A stretch of 58,579 nt of DNA from positions 1-58,579 of IMG/VR virus record IMGVR_UViG_3300042197_001846; one strand, 5' to 3'. Shown piece by piece: positions 13,289 through 23,200 of the stretch. A model generated the notes under the pieces. It had not been told where the DNA came from. It made no database searches and was given only the letters and a program-made list of their open reading frames with translations. Each line of letters begins with the position of its first letter. Within the stretch, counting starts at the first letter, position 1. Source of the stretch: a virus. Its lineage: Duplodnaviria > Caudoviricetes. Made by a program: the position numbers and the translations under genes.

Positions 13289-13884
13289 CGTGTAACCTCC
13301 CTAACTAGTGAAAGATTACCTGTTAAAAATGTAGTTACCTTATTACTAAGCGTATCAGTTAATTCCAAGCTATATATAGCTGTACTAAAACTAAATGCTG
13401 TAGTTTGTGTACTGGTCATTTTAACGGCAATAGTATGTACTGCGGTATCTATTACTATACCGCCATTTGTCGTAGTTAATTCTAATATTAGAGCACCGTC
13501 TAAATTTTCTCTAATTTGCATTTTTGCTGTTAAGTTTACTAGTGGTACTGGGGCGTTCCATGTAAGTATACCGCCACTAGTATAGGTACCGTAATTGGCG
13601 CTGTTTATTTCATTAATGGTAATTTGATCGCTAGCAATAGTAGTAGATAAATAATAGCTATCTTCTGTGGCTAGATTAATTTCCTTCATACCACTAACGC
13701 CAGTAATACGCACACGCCAATGTGGTGGAGGTGTTAATTCGCCTGTATTAACTGTAACAACACATGGGGCACTATTAGTAATCGTATTAATAGTAGCATA
13801 GGCTTTTGTAGCTGACTCCCAGCGAAATACTTCTTCAAAGCTACTGCCTTGATATATCTTATAATTAATTCTTGCTGGATTCAT
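13285..13884 (-). CDS. Putative tail/baseplate adaptor structural protein
   Basis: IYQGSSFEEVFRW...AKMQIR...YSLEL...[11 protein letters not shown]; this type of protein commonly precedes phage fibre genes. Confidence 0.55.
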   Translation of the reverse strand: MNPARINYKIYQGSSFEEVFRWESATKAYATINTITNSAPCVVTVNTGELTPPPHWRVRITGVSGMKEINLATEDSYYLSTTIASDQITINEINSANYGTYTSGGILTWNAPVPLVNLTAKMQIRENLDGALILELTTTNGGIVIDTAVHTIAVKMTSTQTTAFSFSTAIYSLELTDTLSNKVTTFLTGNLSLVREVTR

Positions 13885-13885
13885 A

Positions 13886-14212
13886 TTAGCCTCTGCTCAT
13901 TTGTTTAAAACGTGTTAACTCTAGTGTTAACTGGGCAATTTCTTCTTGCAGTTTACTATTTTCTATATTAAGCTTTGACAGCTCTTGATTAAGCCTAATA
14001 ACTTCTTCTTGTAGCTTACCAAGTTCAGTGCTTAATTTTGAATTTTGTTCACCCATACGCTCTATTTCTGTATGCATTAATTGAATGATATTGGTTTCGG
14101 CTTCTGTAGAACGCCAATCCTTTAACAGTTTTTGAACTCCTACTACTAAGCCAATTGCGGCTAGGGCTACCAAGGAGACTGTTTGAACTAAATCTTGACT
14201 CTGACTCTCCAC
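13886..14212 (-). CDS. Holin-like protein (N-terminal TM helix plus coiled coil)
   Basis: Hydrophobic LVALAAIGLVVGV followed by a heptad-rich region; GTG start with GGAG RBS; has its own promoter. Confidence 0.5.
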   Translation of the reverse strand: MESQSQDLVQTVSLVALAAIGLVVGVQKLLKDWRSTEAETNIIQLMHTEIERMGEQNSKLSTELGKLQEEVIRLNQELSKLNIENSKLQEEIAQLTLELTRFKQMSRG

Positions 14213-14308
14213 TGTACAATCTCCTAAATTCTATATTCTACTGAAAAAATGCCGTATAATCAGGTTTAACCTGGTCAAATTTGTACCGGTTTTTTACAAT
14301 TTAAACCT

Positions 14309-14337
14309 ATTATACCACAAGGGCTAAATAAAGTCAA
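14309..14337 (-). promoter_or_regulatory. sigma70-type promoter TTGACT-N17-TATAAT with extended -10 TG
   Basis: + strand ATTATA 14309-14314 and AGTCAA 14332-14337. Confidence 0.8.
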
Positions 14338-14340
14338 TGC

Positions 14341-14380
14341 AAAAAATATCCCTGCACTAGCTATAGCCGGTGCAGGGATG
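14341..14380 (-). terminator. Rho-independent terminator
   Basis: ATCCCTGCAC...GTGCAGGGAT stem followed by a T-tract on the minus strand. Confidence 0.75.
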
Positions 14381-14396
14381 TATACAATTCTACAGG

Positions 14397-14612
14397 TTAT
14401 TCTTCTGGATAGATTGTTATTCCATTGTCCTGTAGTTTTTGATAAATCGCTTCAAGTAAGAAATCATTAACAAACTCATATCGTTGCGGCAATTCAAAAG
14501 TATATGTATCTTTTAATCTTGATAAATTATTAACTGTTTCATATATTTGAATTGTTACTTCTGTAGTATTTGTTAAATTATCTACTGATAGTTTAATTAC
14601 TTTAACAGACAT
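14397..14612 (-). CDS. Hypothetical protein (tail fibre region)
   Basis: 71-aa ORF co-oriented in the late operon. Confidence 0.55.
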   Translation of the reverse strand: MSVKVIKLSVDNLTNTTEVTIQIYETVNNLSRLKDTYTFELPQRYEFVNDFLLEAIYQKLQDNGITIYPEE

Positions 14613-14633
14613 TGTTTTATAAACCTTATAAAT

Positions 14634-15260
14634 TTAGGGTCCACTAGTATCCTCCGGAGGAGGTGGTGGAGGTGTTGGAGTTGGTACAACTGGAGGTGGA
14701 GGAGGTCCTGCTGGTGGAGCTGATGGTGGTGGTAATATAGGTGTTTCGCCACTCATAGGCCATCTACAATAGTACAAAGTATAACTTACGTCAATTGGTT
14801 GTGGAAATGTTAATGTTCCGCCACCATTATAGACTTCTATATCATCTTTATCTTTTAAAATATTTGCTGTTGTGATACCAACAGTTTGACGTATTACTAA
14901 TGATAAATCAGATAGAACAAATACGTCAAATATAATAGATCCTGCGTAGCTTCCATCAGACTGTCTATAAGATGCTAATTGTACTGTACCTAACCCACTC
15001 AATGACAGTCCTCCAGACTGTGCATCGCTATTACTTATTCTAAAACTTGGAAGTATAAAGTAGCCATAATTTTGTATTCCGGGTGTACCTGCAGGTAATA
15101 TAATATAGTCAGTAGTATTATAACCTAGCAATACACTACTTATTGTAAAGGTTCCGGAAATTGTGCGAAGAATACTTGGCATTTTTCGCAAAGTTGTAAA
15201 TCTTGCTTCGCCAGCAGTATTAGTCATTAATATGTCATTGTTTTGTATTAATAATGGCAT
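14634..15260 (-). CDS. Tail-associated protein with Pro-rich C-terminus
   Basis: 208 aa, ends ...PPPSAPPAGPPPPPVVPTPTPPPPPPEDTSGP. Confidence 0.6.
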   Translation of the reverse strand: MPLLIQNNDILMTNTAGEARFTTLRKMPSILRTISGTFTISSVLLGYNTTDYIILPAGTPGIQNYGYFILPSFRISNSDAQSGGLSLSGLGTVQLASYRQSDGSYAGSIIFDVFVLSDLSLVIRQTVGITTANILKDKDDIEVYNGGGTLTFPQPIDVSYTLYYCRWPMSGETPILPPPSAPPAGPPPPPVVPTPTPPPPPPEDTSGP

Positions 15261-15272
15261 ATTGTATCCTAT

Positions 15273-15953
15273 CTAAAAATATACGGACGAAGAAACTGAC
15301 TCATTGTTACTGTCATAAGCAGTAAGTTTTGCTTCGTAAGTATTATATGCGGATAAACTAGGTATAGTAATACCTATAGTTGGATTGTCCGGACTTAACC
15401 CAGTGTATGAATCATACAAATTATTATTCTCATATATTTCTATATATACCCCTATAGCTCCGGTCGTTTCCCATAATAACTTAACATTAAATGTAGTTGC
15501 ATCTATATTTGTTACAGTATAATTATAAGAATCTATCGTAATTCCTGTACTAGGAGGAGGGCTAGGAGGAGGGCTAGGAGGAGGGCTAGGAGGAGTACTC
15601 GGAGGAGGGCTAGGAGGAGTACTCGGAGGAGGGCTAGGAGGAGTACTCGGAGGAGTACTTGGAGGAGGACTTGGAGGAGGACTGCTTCCACCACTTAACC
15701 AACTAGTTGTAGGAAACCTTAAATATAATAAGGCTGGAAATGCCCCACTGGCCCCATCTCCAATGGATATAGTAGTTCCATCAAAATAATATGTAGTACC
15801 AGTTGCACTAACATATATTGTTGGGTTTAGTGGTATTTTTACAGCATCTGAACTACTAACAGTATCTATATTAATATAATCTTTAGTTATATTAAATACG
15901 GACCCTACATATAATTCGTCATTATCAGCATATAATATATTAGTAGTAGACAT
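15273..15953 (-). CDS. Tail-associated protein with Ser/Pro linker and FN3-like C-terminal domain
   Basis: (SPPPSTPP)n linker, then a beta-sandwich-like region (W...Y...LSAYNTYEAKLTAY). Confidence 0.6.
   Translation of the reverse strand: MSTTNILYADNDELYVGSVFNITKDYINIDTVSSSDAVKIPLNPTIYVSATGTTYYFDGTTISIGDGASGAFPALLYLRFPTTSWLSGGSSPPPSPPPSTPPSTPPSPPPSTPPSPPPSTPPSPPPSPPPSPPPSTGITIDSYNYTVTNIDATTFNVKLLWETTGAIGVYIEIYENNNLYDSYTGLSPDNPTIGITIPSLSAYNTYEAKLTAYDSNNESVSSSVYF
15551..15682. repeat. 12/24-bp tandem coding repeat encoding SPPP/STPP
   Basis: Tandem aggaggagggct and aggaggagtact(c/t) units visible directly. Confidence 0.85.
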
Positions 15954-15957
15954 AATA

Positions 15958-18900
15958 TTAGTTCTTTAAGGTACTATTGTGTGCTAAAATGCCATTGGCA
16001 AAATATGTATCTTCGTCTTCAACTGCTAAATTTACAACTTGAATTGGTTGATTTATAAATTCGATAGAAGTTACTTCTATCCAGCCTTGAATACTAAAAA
16101 TACTGATTCCTACTTTTATGTCTCGTACTTGCATAAATTTTATGGTATCTTCCGCTTTGGTTAATATTGGATGCTCATAAGTAACTGTTAGTAGATTATT
16201 ATTAATATTATAATAACTACTATAGCTATCAAACATTACCGCTGTAACAGTTGCATTAGCATTTGAATAACTAAAGTTTGTAGTACTCCATGTTTTCCAA
16301 TTATCTTCTTCCAATCCTAAACCTACTATACTAATAGTCTTTAAAACTTGTCCGACCTGTATATGCTCAATATTAATTGTAGAATTATCTATTAACGTTA
16401 TTTGTGTTCCATAAGCAAAACATCCTCCTCCTCCTCCTCCGTCTGGTGGTGGCGGTGGTGGTGGCGGAGTTAAGCTAGTATCACTAACTGTAACTGTATC
16501 TGCTGTTACCGGTGTTCCTGGTGTTGGAGGTGTTAATACAATAACTATTGTTTTATCCCCTTCTGTTGTTTGATCTGCGCTTACAGATGCACTAAATGAA
16601 GCCGTTCCTTGTGGTGTACCAATAGGCCATGCAGTTGCTGCTGGACCACTAATTGTAACGCTACCACTACTAACTTCGTTTTCGCTGCCTGTATTTGCCC
16701 AATTAACAGAAGTTCCATTAATAACACTTTTAGTAGTAATATTAAAGGTTACACTACCACCTTCACTAATACTTGTACTACTTGGGGTAATAGTGTATTC
16801 TGGTTTTGTTCCTCCAATCCTTAAATAGTCTTGTGGGGGACCGTCAGCAGTCGTTTCGTCGGATACAATTTCATTTGCATCGGTAGTTTCGCATGAAACT
16901 CTAAAGCCTACTTTGGCCTCTTCCCATTTATATGTTAATTCATCGGAATGTATTTCTGTTTGACCGGTTGGTGGATCTACACGCTGAATTACATTTGCGG
17001 CTGGTAAAGAGTCTCCACTACCACTATCATGCCCATAAATTTGAACAGCACTAGAAGTCAGTTCGTCGTATTTAGTTGCACTTGCTGGTCCTACTTTACA
17101 CTCAATTTTAAGTTTCTTAACCTTAGTAGGATCACTTATTTTAAATCTTACTCCTCTAATAGTCGGTTGGCCAAACTCTCCTAGTTCTAGTACAAATGGC
17201 GGAGGAGGTGGGGGTGGGGGTGGTGGAGCATCAACACTACCTCCGGTAGCATCTGCGGCTTTATTAAAATAAACAATCTTATAAGACTGTGAAAAAGCCG
17301 GTAGTTCATTTTGACGAACATACCATCTCTCTCTTAGATACAATTTTGAGGTATCAGCCATTAGCCAAACTTGTCGCCAAGTAGTATTACCTACAGTTTG
17401 TATAAAACTAGTGCCTCCTATACCTGCTCCTGTAACTGCATCACTTAATACTACAGTTGGTGTGTAACCTAAATTATGTGTATCTAATTCATGCAATACT
17501 GTGCCAAATCGTAAAACATTTCCTCTACTACCTCTTTTTTTCCTGCGACGAGACGTATTGACCGCTTCAGCTGCATAATTTATTGTAACAGTACTTGTTA
17601 TTTTAACTATATTTAAATAATCAAATCTACTATCAAAATAAATATGCTCAAACCAGTTCCAAGGTTTTCTAACAGGATCGTCTCCATCTGGTCCCTGTGA
17701 ATTATAAATAGATATAACTTGCTCGCCGCTAGTTAATCTTACATCGTCCCACCATATATATTCACCGTTGTTTCCGTATACTCCAGTACCACTATTATCT
17801 GATCCATATAGCTTTAATTGAATATATTTTGTATTTGTATTTGTTAAAGTATATTTGAATCTAAATTTTTGCCACCAACCATTAACAGGAAAAGTGGCAC
17901 TAGTTGTTGTTGGAACAGTAGGCGCATCTCTAAGTTCAGTGGCCCCATAAGTAGTATAATGTAATGTTTGAAATTCTTCTGGAGTTTTTCCTTGATTATC
18001 TAATTCGTAATTATAAGCAACATCTGGATACTTTCCAAAATAAGGTAAACACACAGTATTTTGTAATCTTCTAAACCAGTTAACATGTGATGAATTAATT
18101 CCACCTACAGTAATTGGTGTGGCGCAAGCCATGTTTAATATATTAGAAGTTGTACCTGTAGTTTTTGGAGCCCAATTTATACCATCAATACTAATATAAC
18201 ATATGCCTCCGTCGCCAACAATTACGAAATTTGTACCAGTCCAAACCACAGAGTTTAAACTATTAGTTATACCATTAGATTGGTATACAAGGGGATACCA
18301 ATTGTGCCCGTCTGGAGAAAATATTATCTTGCCTTGAGTGCCGCAGGCAACCCAATAAACTCCATTATAAGTAACAGAGTTCCATATAATTCCACTTAAA
18401 GAAGAATCAAGGTTTACTGAAGTAAAATGAATGTTACTAACAGCGTTTGTAGTATCTTCTATGTTGGTTGATAGTGTAGAGACTAATATATGAGTACCTA
18501 CAACAACAACTAGGCCATTTGCAAAATAACTACCCCTAAAAGTTGCATCTTTATAACCATCTGATACTTTTTCAAAATATCCTCGTTGCGGCATTGTAGA
18601 ACTATCTAAATTACTTAATTCTGTTGCCCATATATAGCTAAATACGGGTATTTTTGCTGCCGCAGTATTTACATCTCCAGCTACTATTAAATATTTAGTA
18701 CCAGCACTATTTGTCCCTATTACTGAAGTTCGTAAATTACCGGTAAAACCTGCATAAGTTGCTACTTCGGTTGTAAGTTTTCTAAACTCAAAAGAAGTAC
18801 TTGATTGAGTATTATAATAATAAATATCTTGATCACTAGCTAAATAATATTTGCTTTGATTACTATTAAAAGTTCCATCTGCTACTATGGTGCCGGCACT

Positions 18901-19536
18901 ATTACATGTATTATCTAATAGTAACAGGCTACCCCAGCTGCTTAAATCAGCAGTTAAACCTATATAACTACTTACAGAGCCACTATGTCGTATTAAACCA
19001 AAAGCTGATATTCCATTTACCCAGCAAATAGCTCTAGTAGTCCAATTACCACTACTAGGCGTATCTGGAAATGCTTTAGTTGTCCAGGTTAATCCCCCAT
19101 CATTAGAAGTTAGAACATTATTACTATTTTGTAATGTTGCAACTATAATACCTGTTAATGTATGACTAGGAATATCAGTATTGGTTTCTGTGCTAATAAC
19201 TGTTCCAGTGTCGTCGGCTTCAAGTATGCTTACCTTTGCTTTTGTTGGTACATTAGAACGTATCCATCCAGTTACTCGCCAAGTTTGTCCAACACGTGCT
19301 GGATAAAGATTATTAGCCAAAGTACCTATTGTATTTGTAGAAGAACCTGGTCCGGTTACATACATTTGTAAAGGATTACCTGTAGAACCGCTTACACCTA
19401 CTGCAGGGCTTGGTGGAATTTGTCCAGAAGTATCCCTGGACAAACTACAGTTAGTTCCAGTAGTTGTAGTCCATTCTATTAAGTCTCTAGGATAGGGTAC
19501 TACATTTAATGTTCCGCCCCAAAATGTTTTAGCCAT
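15958..19536 (-). CDS. Tail fibre/receptor-binding protein with beta-propeller-like repeats and C-terminal Hint domain
   Basis: SxDGxxW BNR-like motifs, poly-Pro linkers, and C-terminal CFAYGT...TVTYEHPIL...YFANGILAHNS. Confidence 0.75.
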   Translation of the reverse strand: MAKTFWGGTLNVVPYPRDLIEWTTTTGTNCSLSRDTSGQIPPSPAVGVSGSTGNPLQMYVTGPGSSTNTIGTLANNLYPARVGQTWRVTGWIRSNVPTKAKVSILEADDTGTVISTETNTDIPSHTLTGIIVATLQNSNNVLTSNDGGLTWTTKAFPDTPSSGNWTTRAICWVNGISAFGLIRHSGSVSSYIGLTADLSSWGSLLLLDNTCNSAGTIVADGTFNSNQSKYYLASDQDIYYYNTQSSTSFEFRKLTTEVATYAGFTGNLRTSVIGTNSAGTKYLIVAGDVNTAAAKIPVFSYIWATELSNLDSSTMPQRGYFEKVSDGYKDATFRGSYFANGLVVVVGTHILVSTLSTNIEDTTNAVSNIHFTSVNLDSSLSGIIWNSVTYNGVYWVACGTQGKIIFSPDGHNWYPLVYQSNGITNSLNSVVWTGTNFVIVGDGGICYISIDGINWAPKTTGTTSNILNMACATPITVGGINSSHVNWFRRLQNTVCLPYFGKYPDVAYNYELDNQGKTPEEFQTLHYTTYGATELRDAPTVPTTTSATFPVNGWWQKFRFKYTLTNTNTKYIQLKLYGSDNSGTGVYGNNGEYIWWDDVRLTSGEQVISIYNSQGPDGDDPVRKPWNWFEHIYFDSRFDYLNIVKITSTVTINYAAEAVNTSRRRKKRGSRGNVLRFGTVLHELDTHNLGYTPTVVLSDAVTGAGIGGTSFIQTVGNTTWRQVWLMADTSKLYLRERWYVRQNELPAFSQSYKIVYFNKAADATGGSVDAPPPPPPPPPPFVLELGEFGQPTIRGVRFKISDPTKVKKLKIECKVGPASATKYDELTSSAVQIYGHDSGSGDSLPAANVIQRVDPPTGQTEIHSDELTYKWEEAKVGFRVSCETTDANEIVSDETTADGPPQDYLRIGGTKPEYTITPSSTSISEGGSVTFNITTKSVINGTSVNWANTGSENEVSSGSVTISGPAATAWPIGTPQGTASFSASVSADQTTEGDKTIVIVLTPPTPGTPVTADTVTVSDTSLTPPPPPPPPDGGGGGGCFAYGTQITLIDNSTINIEHIQVGQVLKTISIVGLGLEEDNWKTWSTTNFSYSNANATVTAVMFDSYSSYYNINNNLLTVTYEHPILTKAEDTIKFMQVRDIKVGISIFSIQGWIEVTSIEFINQPIQVVNLAVEDEDTYFANGILAHNSTLKN

Positions 19537-20212
19537 TTTCGCCTTCTATAAACTTATCACCGTATTTAGATACTAACTCATCTATGTTTTTAATCCTATA
19601 TACTGCATATATGGAATTTTTTAGTGTAGTATTTAGTATTTCAACGCAAGAAAATCTACCACCTAAGTGATGTAAAATTTTATTATTTCCCAATGCAATA
19701 GCTGCATGATTTGCTACTGGGCCTAATTTAAATAAAACAGTATCATGTCGCTTAATGGTAGTTACTTGTTCCACATAGTCTGGTTTATGCTGAAAATATA
19801 AATCTTCTCCTTCGTCCCACCAGCCATAGGTTTTTTGCATAGAAGCCGGTATCCAAAGATCAAACTGGCGACTATAATAGTCATGCAGTAGAGTATGGCA
19901 ATCAAAAATTCCATGAATAAAAATTCTATTTATAAAAGGATGATTTTCAATATACCTGTCTGGAAGAAATGTTTTATACATATCTTTGTTAGAGCCTACT
20001 AAACCAGTAGGCTTTTTCAACTTATTCATTTCTTCTCTTTCTCGTTCACTGATTGCATGTACATTATTATACTCTTTATAAAAGAGTATAGCAACAGTAT
20101 TCCTTCCAGGCTCATACTCTACTACAGGTTTACCTTTATCATTAGCAATATATAATTTTCCTACTTGCTGTAATTTTTCATATATTACTGTAGGTAACTC
20201 ATGACCAAACAT
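19529..20212 (-). CDS. Tail assembly protein K-like with NlpC/P60 domain
   Basis: FIHGIFDCHTLLHDYY...NHAAIALGNNKILHH; the N-terminal JAB motif is degenerate. Confidence 0.75.
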   Translation of the reverse strand: MFGHELPTVIYEKLQQVGKLYIANDKGKPVVEYEPGRNTVAILFYKEYNNVHAISEREREEMNKLKKPTGLVGSNKDMYKTFLPDRYIENHPFINRIFIHGIFDCHTLLHDYYSRQFDLWIPASMQKTYGWWDEGEDLYFQHKPDYVEQVTTIKRHDTVLFKLGPVANHAAIALGNNKILHHLGGRFSCVEILNTTLKNSIYAVYRIKNIDELVSKYGDKFIEGENG

Positions 20213-20213
20213 T

Positions 20214-23200
20214 TTAAACCTCTATTTTTATAAATTTATTTCCAAAATCAATTACAAATTTACCGTCTGTAGATTGTATTATTAAACCTACTTGTAGTTT
20301 ATCTGCAGTTATTGTTCCTGCTTGAATTCTTGCTGCATCTATAAATCCCGCAGTAATTTTTGTAGCATTTAAATCACTAATTTTAGCATTACCTACAGCT
20401 AAATCTTTAATTTTTGCTGTTTCTATAGCAGCGTTAGCGATTTTGGCTGTAGTAATTGTGGCATTAGCAATATACGCTTGATCGATATAAACACCGGCCG
20501 GTACAGTAACACCATCAATAACTTCAGAAGTAGTTTTTACTATAAAAGGGTATGTTATTAAGTTCGAATTTGTTACCCAGCTACCTCCTCCTCCAGTAGT
20601 TGCTTTCCAATATTTAACAGTGGCTTTTGTATTATTTATAATAGGATTACCGCCAGCCGACTTACTTAATTGAAAAGGACTTCCTCCAGAAATTACATAA
20701 TAAAATGTACCATTAGAATTATAACTAGGACCAATACGTGGAGTACCAGTTTCTACCCCGTTTACGTATATAGTCTCATTTATAGCTGGGCTAATCCCTG
20801 TAAAAAATCCTACTTTTGTTGAATCTGTTGAAAAATCTGGGTGTAGTTTTGTGCTCAGTGTAAATGTAACTGGAGAATAGGCTATTTTACAAATGTAGTA
20901 ATCTCTATGATTTTGCGAATCCTGTGTATCAAGTGTTACATAATCATTTACTGCATAAGATGCTGTAACTGACCAAATACCTCTATTTACAGGAGTAATT
21001 CCTAAGCCTAATGGAGCAGGTGCTGGCATTCTGCTTATTTCTTCATCTGTTTTCAACTCCCATACTTGTAACTGGCTAACATTCGGCCATACTTTTGCAT
21101 TATGTATATCTGGTTTATATACTTTGTGCCACGCACTTACACCACTAACAATACCTTCTATTGGAGTACTTGTATCTACCCAAATACGACCCATAAAATT
21201 ATCACCAGTTGGCGCAGTTGCGCTAACTTCGGCTGGTGGTGCTATAAAAAATGTGTCTGCTCTAATGCCAAACTCACTTTGTGGTGTGGCTCCTGGATAA
21301 GGTCTCGTACTAGATAGGCCAAAACCGCTTATGTGACCACCATTATCAATTCTTACAGACCACTGGTCTTTTAGCTGTTCAACTTCTACAGCTACTGGGG
21401 CCTCTCCGCGATCTACTTTATCTATTCGCTTGCCTAAACTTTGGTATAACTGTCCTTCAGATATTTTACCAGATAGAATATGTAATAACTTTTTAACGTC
21501 TTGCCCAGTTTCTATTACTACAGAATTACTAGGATTTATACTTAATACGTCTGCTTTTGTTTGATATTTGAACCACAGTTTATATCTAGTGCCAGGCTCT
21601 GCTGGAAATGAACCAACTAATCCTTCAAAAAAGCCTAGTGGTTTTCCGGCCACACTTGAAAATGTTACAGTAGTAGCATCTTCTGTATCTCCAAGTGCAC
21701 GACCAAATATAACTGTTTGTTTATGCGTAGTACTTATTTGTGTTGTATATAGTTTACTAGTGCTTCCATCAGCATATGTTGGGTTATTATAAGTAATTTC
21801 GTTAGGATCCTCAATAGAAACTAAAACATTACTTATTACTGGGCTAACAACTATTTTTCCACTATTATCAGGAGTAACTGTAACTGTGCCAGGAGTCGGT
21901 GGGGGAGTAGTATCTACACCATCCAAACTCCACTTAGGTAAAACTGGTATTTGATTACTAAGTGTTATAGACCCGTCACTAGGATCATTAGGATCTATAG
22001 TACTAACTATTGCGTACTTTAAATAATGTACTACTTCGACTGGCAGATCTGTTATAGTAGCCTGTAAACCTTGTGAATTTACACGAAGAGTACTAGAATT
22101 AGGTGTAAATCCGTTTGTGGTACTTAACCATAATTTTATACCTGCTACATCATCTCGTAATTGTCCATTTACTATTGGTTGATCTACGTTTATGCTAAAA
22201 GACCCTACTCCTGGTGTTAATTTATAGTTAGCTTGAGGTGGAACACCTGCTACTGGAGCATGCGGTTGTATATTCTGAATTAATATGTAACCTAGTGCAC
22301 TATTATCAGTATAGTTTCCGGCACGATCTATAGCCCTACATGCTATTCTATATTGTACACCCGCTTGGCTAATTCTAGGTCTATCAAACGTTGTAAGATC
22401 TACAGTTGTGGGTCCTGTTGTTCTTATAACTTTAACTACGCCAGACGTAAGATCTGTTCCGGTTGGAGTAGTTGCTGGAATAGTATTCCAAAAATCTCCG
22501 TATCCAGAATCTTTATAGACTCTAATTTCAAACTCTCTAAAATCATTTGGCATAGGAGTCATAACCGGTGTTAATTCCAGCAACTTGCCAACTCGTTTTA
22601 CAAGTATTGCATCAACTTCGCCGTAATTACTATCTTTACCAGTTACAGTATGATTTTGGTACGCTGTCCACGGACCTTGAGATCCATTCGAAGAAATATA
22701 TCTTAATCGTATTCTATAAGTTTTTCCAACCTCTGCATCATTTATATAAATACTATTAGCATCATATTTAACACGAATACTTTTTTCGTTGCCTGTAGGA
22801 GCACTGGCTAAATCATATTGACACTCTACTTCTGCAACATTATTAGGTAATCCTGTAATAGCTGTTTGTGCTGTATTAAAGGCTTCCCCAGTAATAGAAA
22901 AGTTAGCATAATTAACCTGTATCCGATAACTATAAATACCCTCTGATAAGAGTAAGGCTACTGTATCATCGCTTACTATACTGGTAATAACCGGTTTATC
23001 GGTTAATTTAAACCCTGTTAGTGATCCTGGTAAAGTTATATTTGTTTCAAATGTATTTACACTAGTTAAAGTTAAATAATCTGTAAAAATATTGTAGCTA
23101 TTAGTAACGCCATAATCTACTAAACTTATTCTAGCTGTTTTACTACTATTTGGCTCGATACTAATTACTACTAAATCATTAGATACTTTATTTAGCTCTC

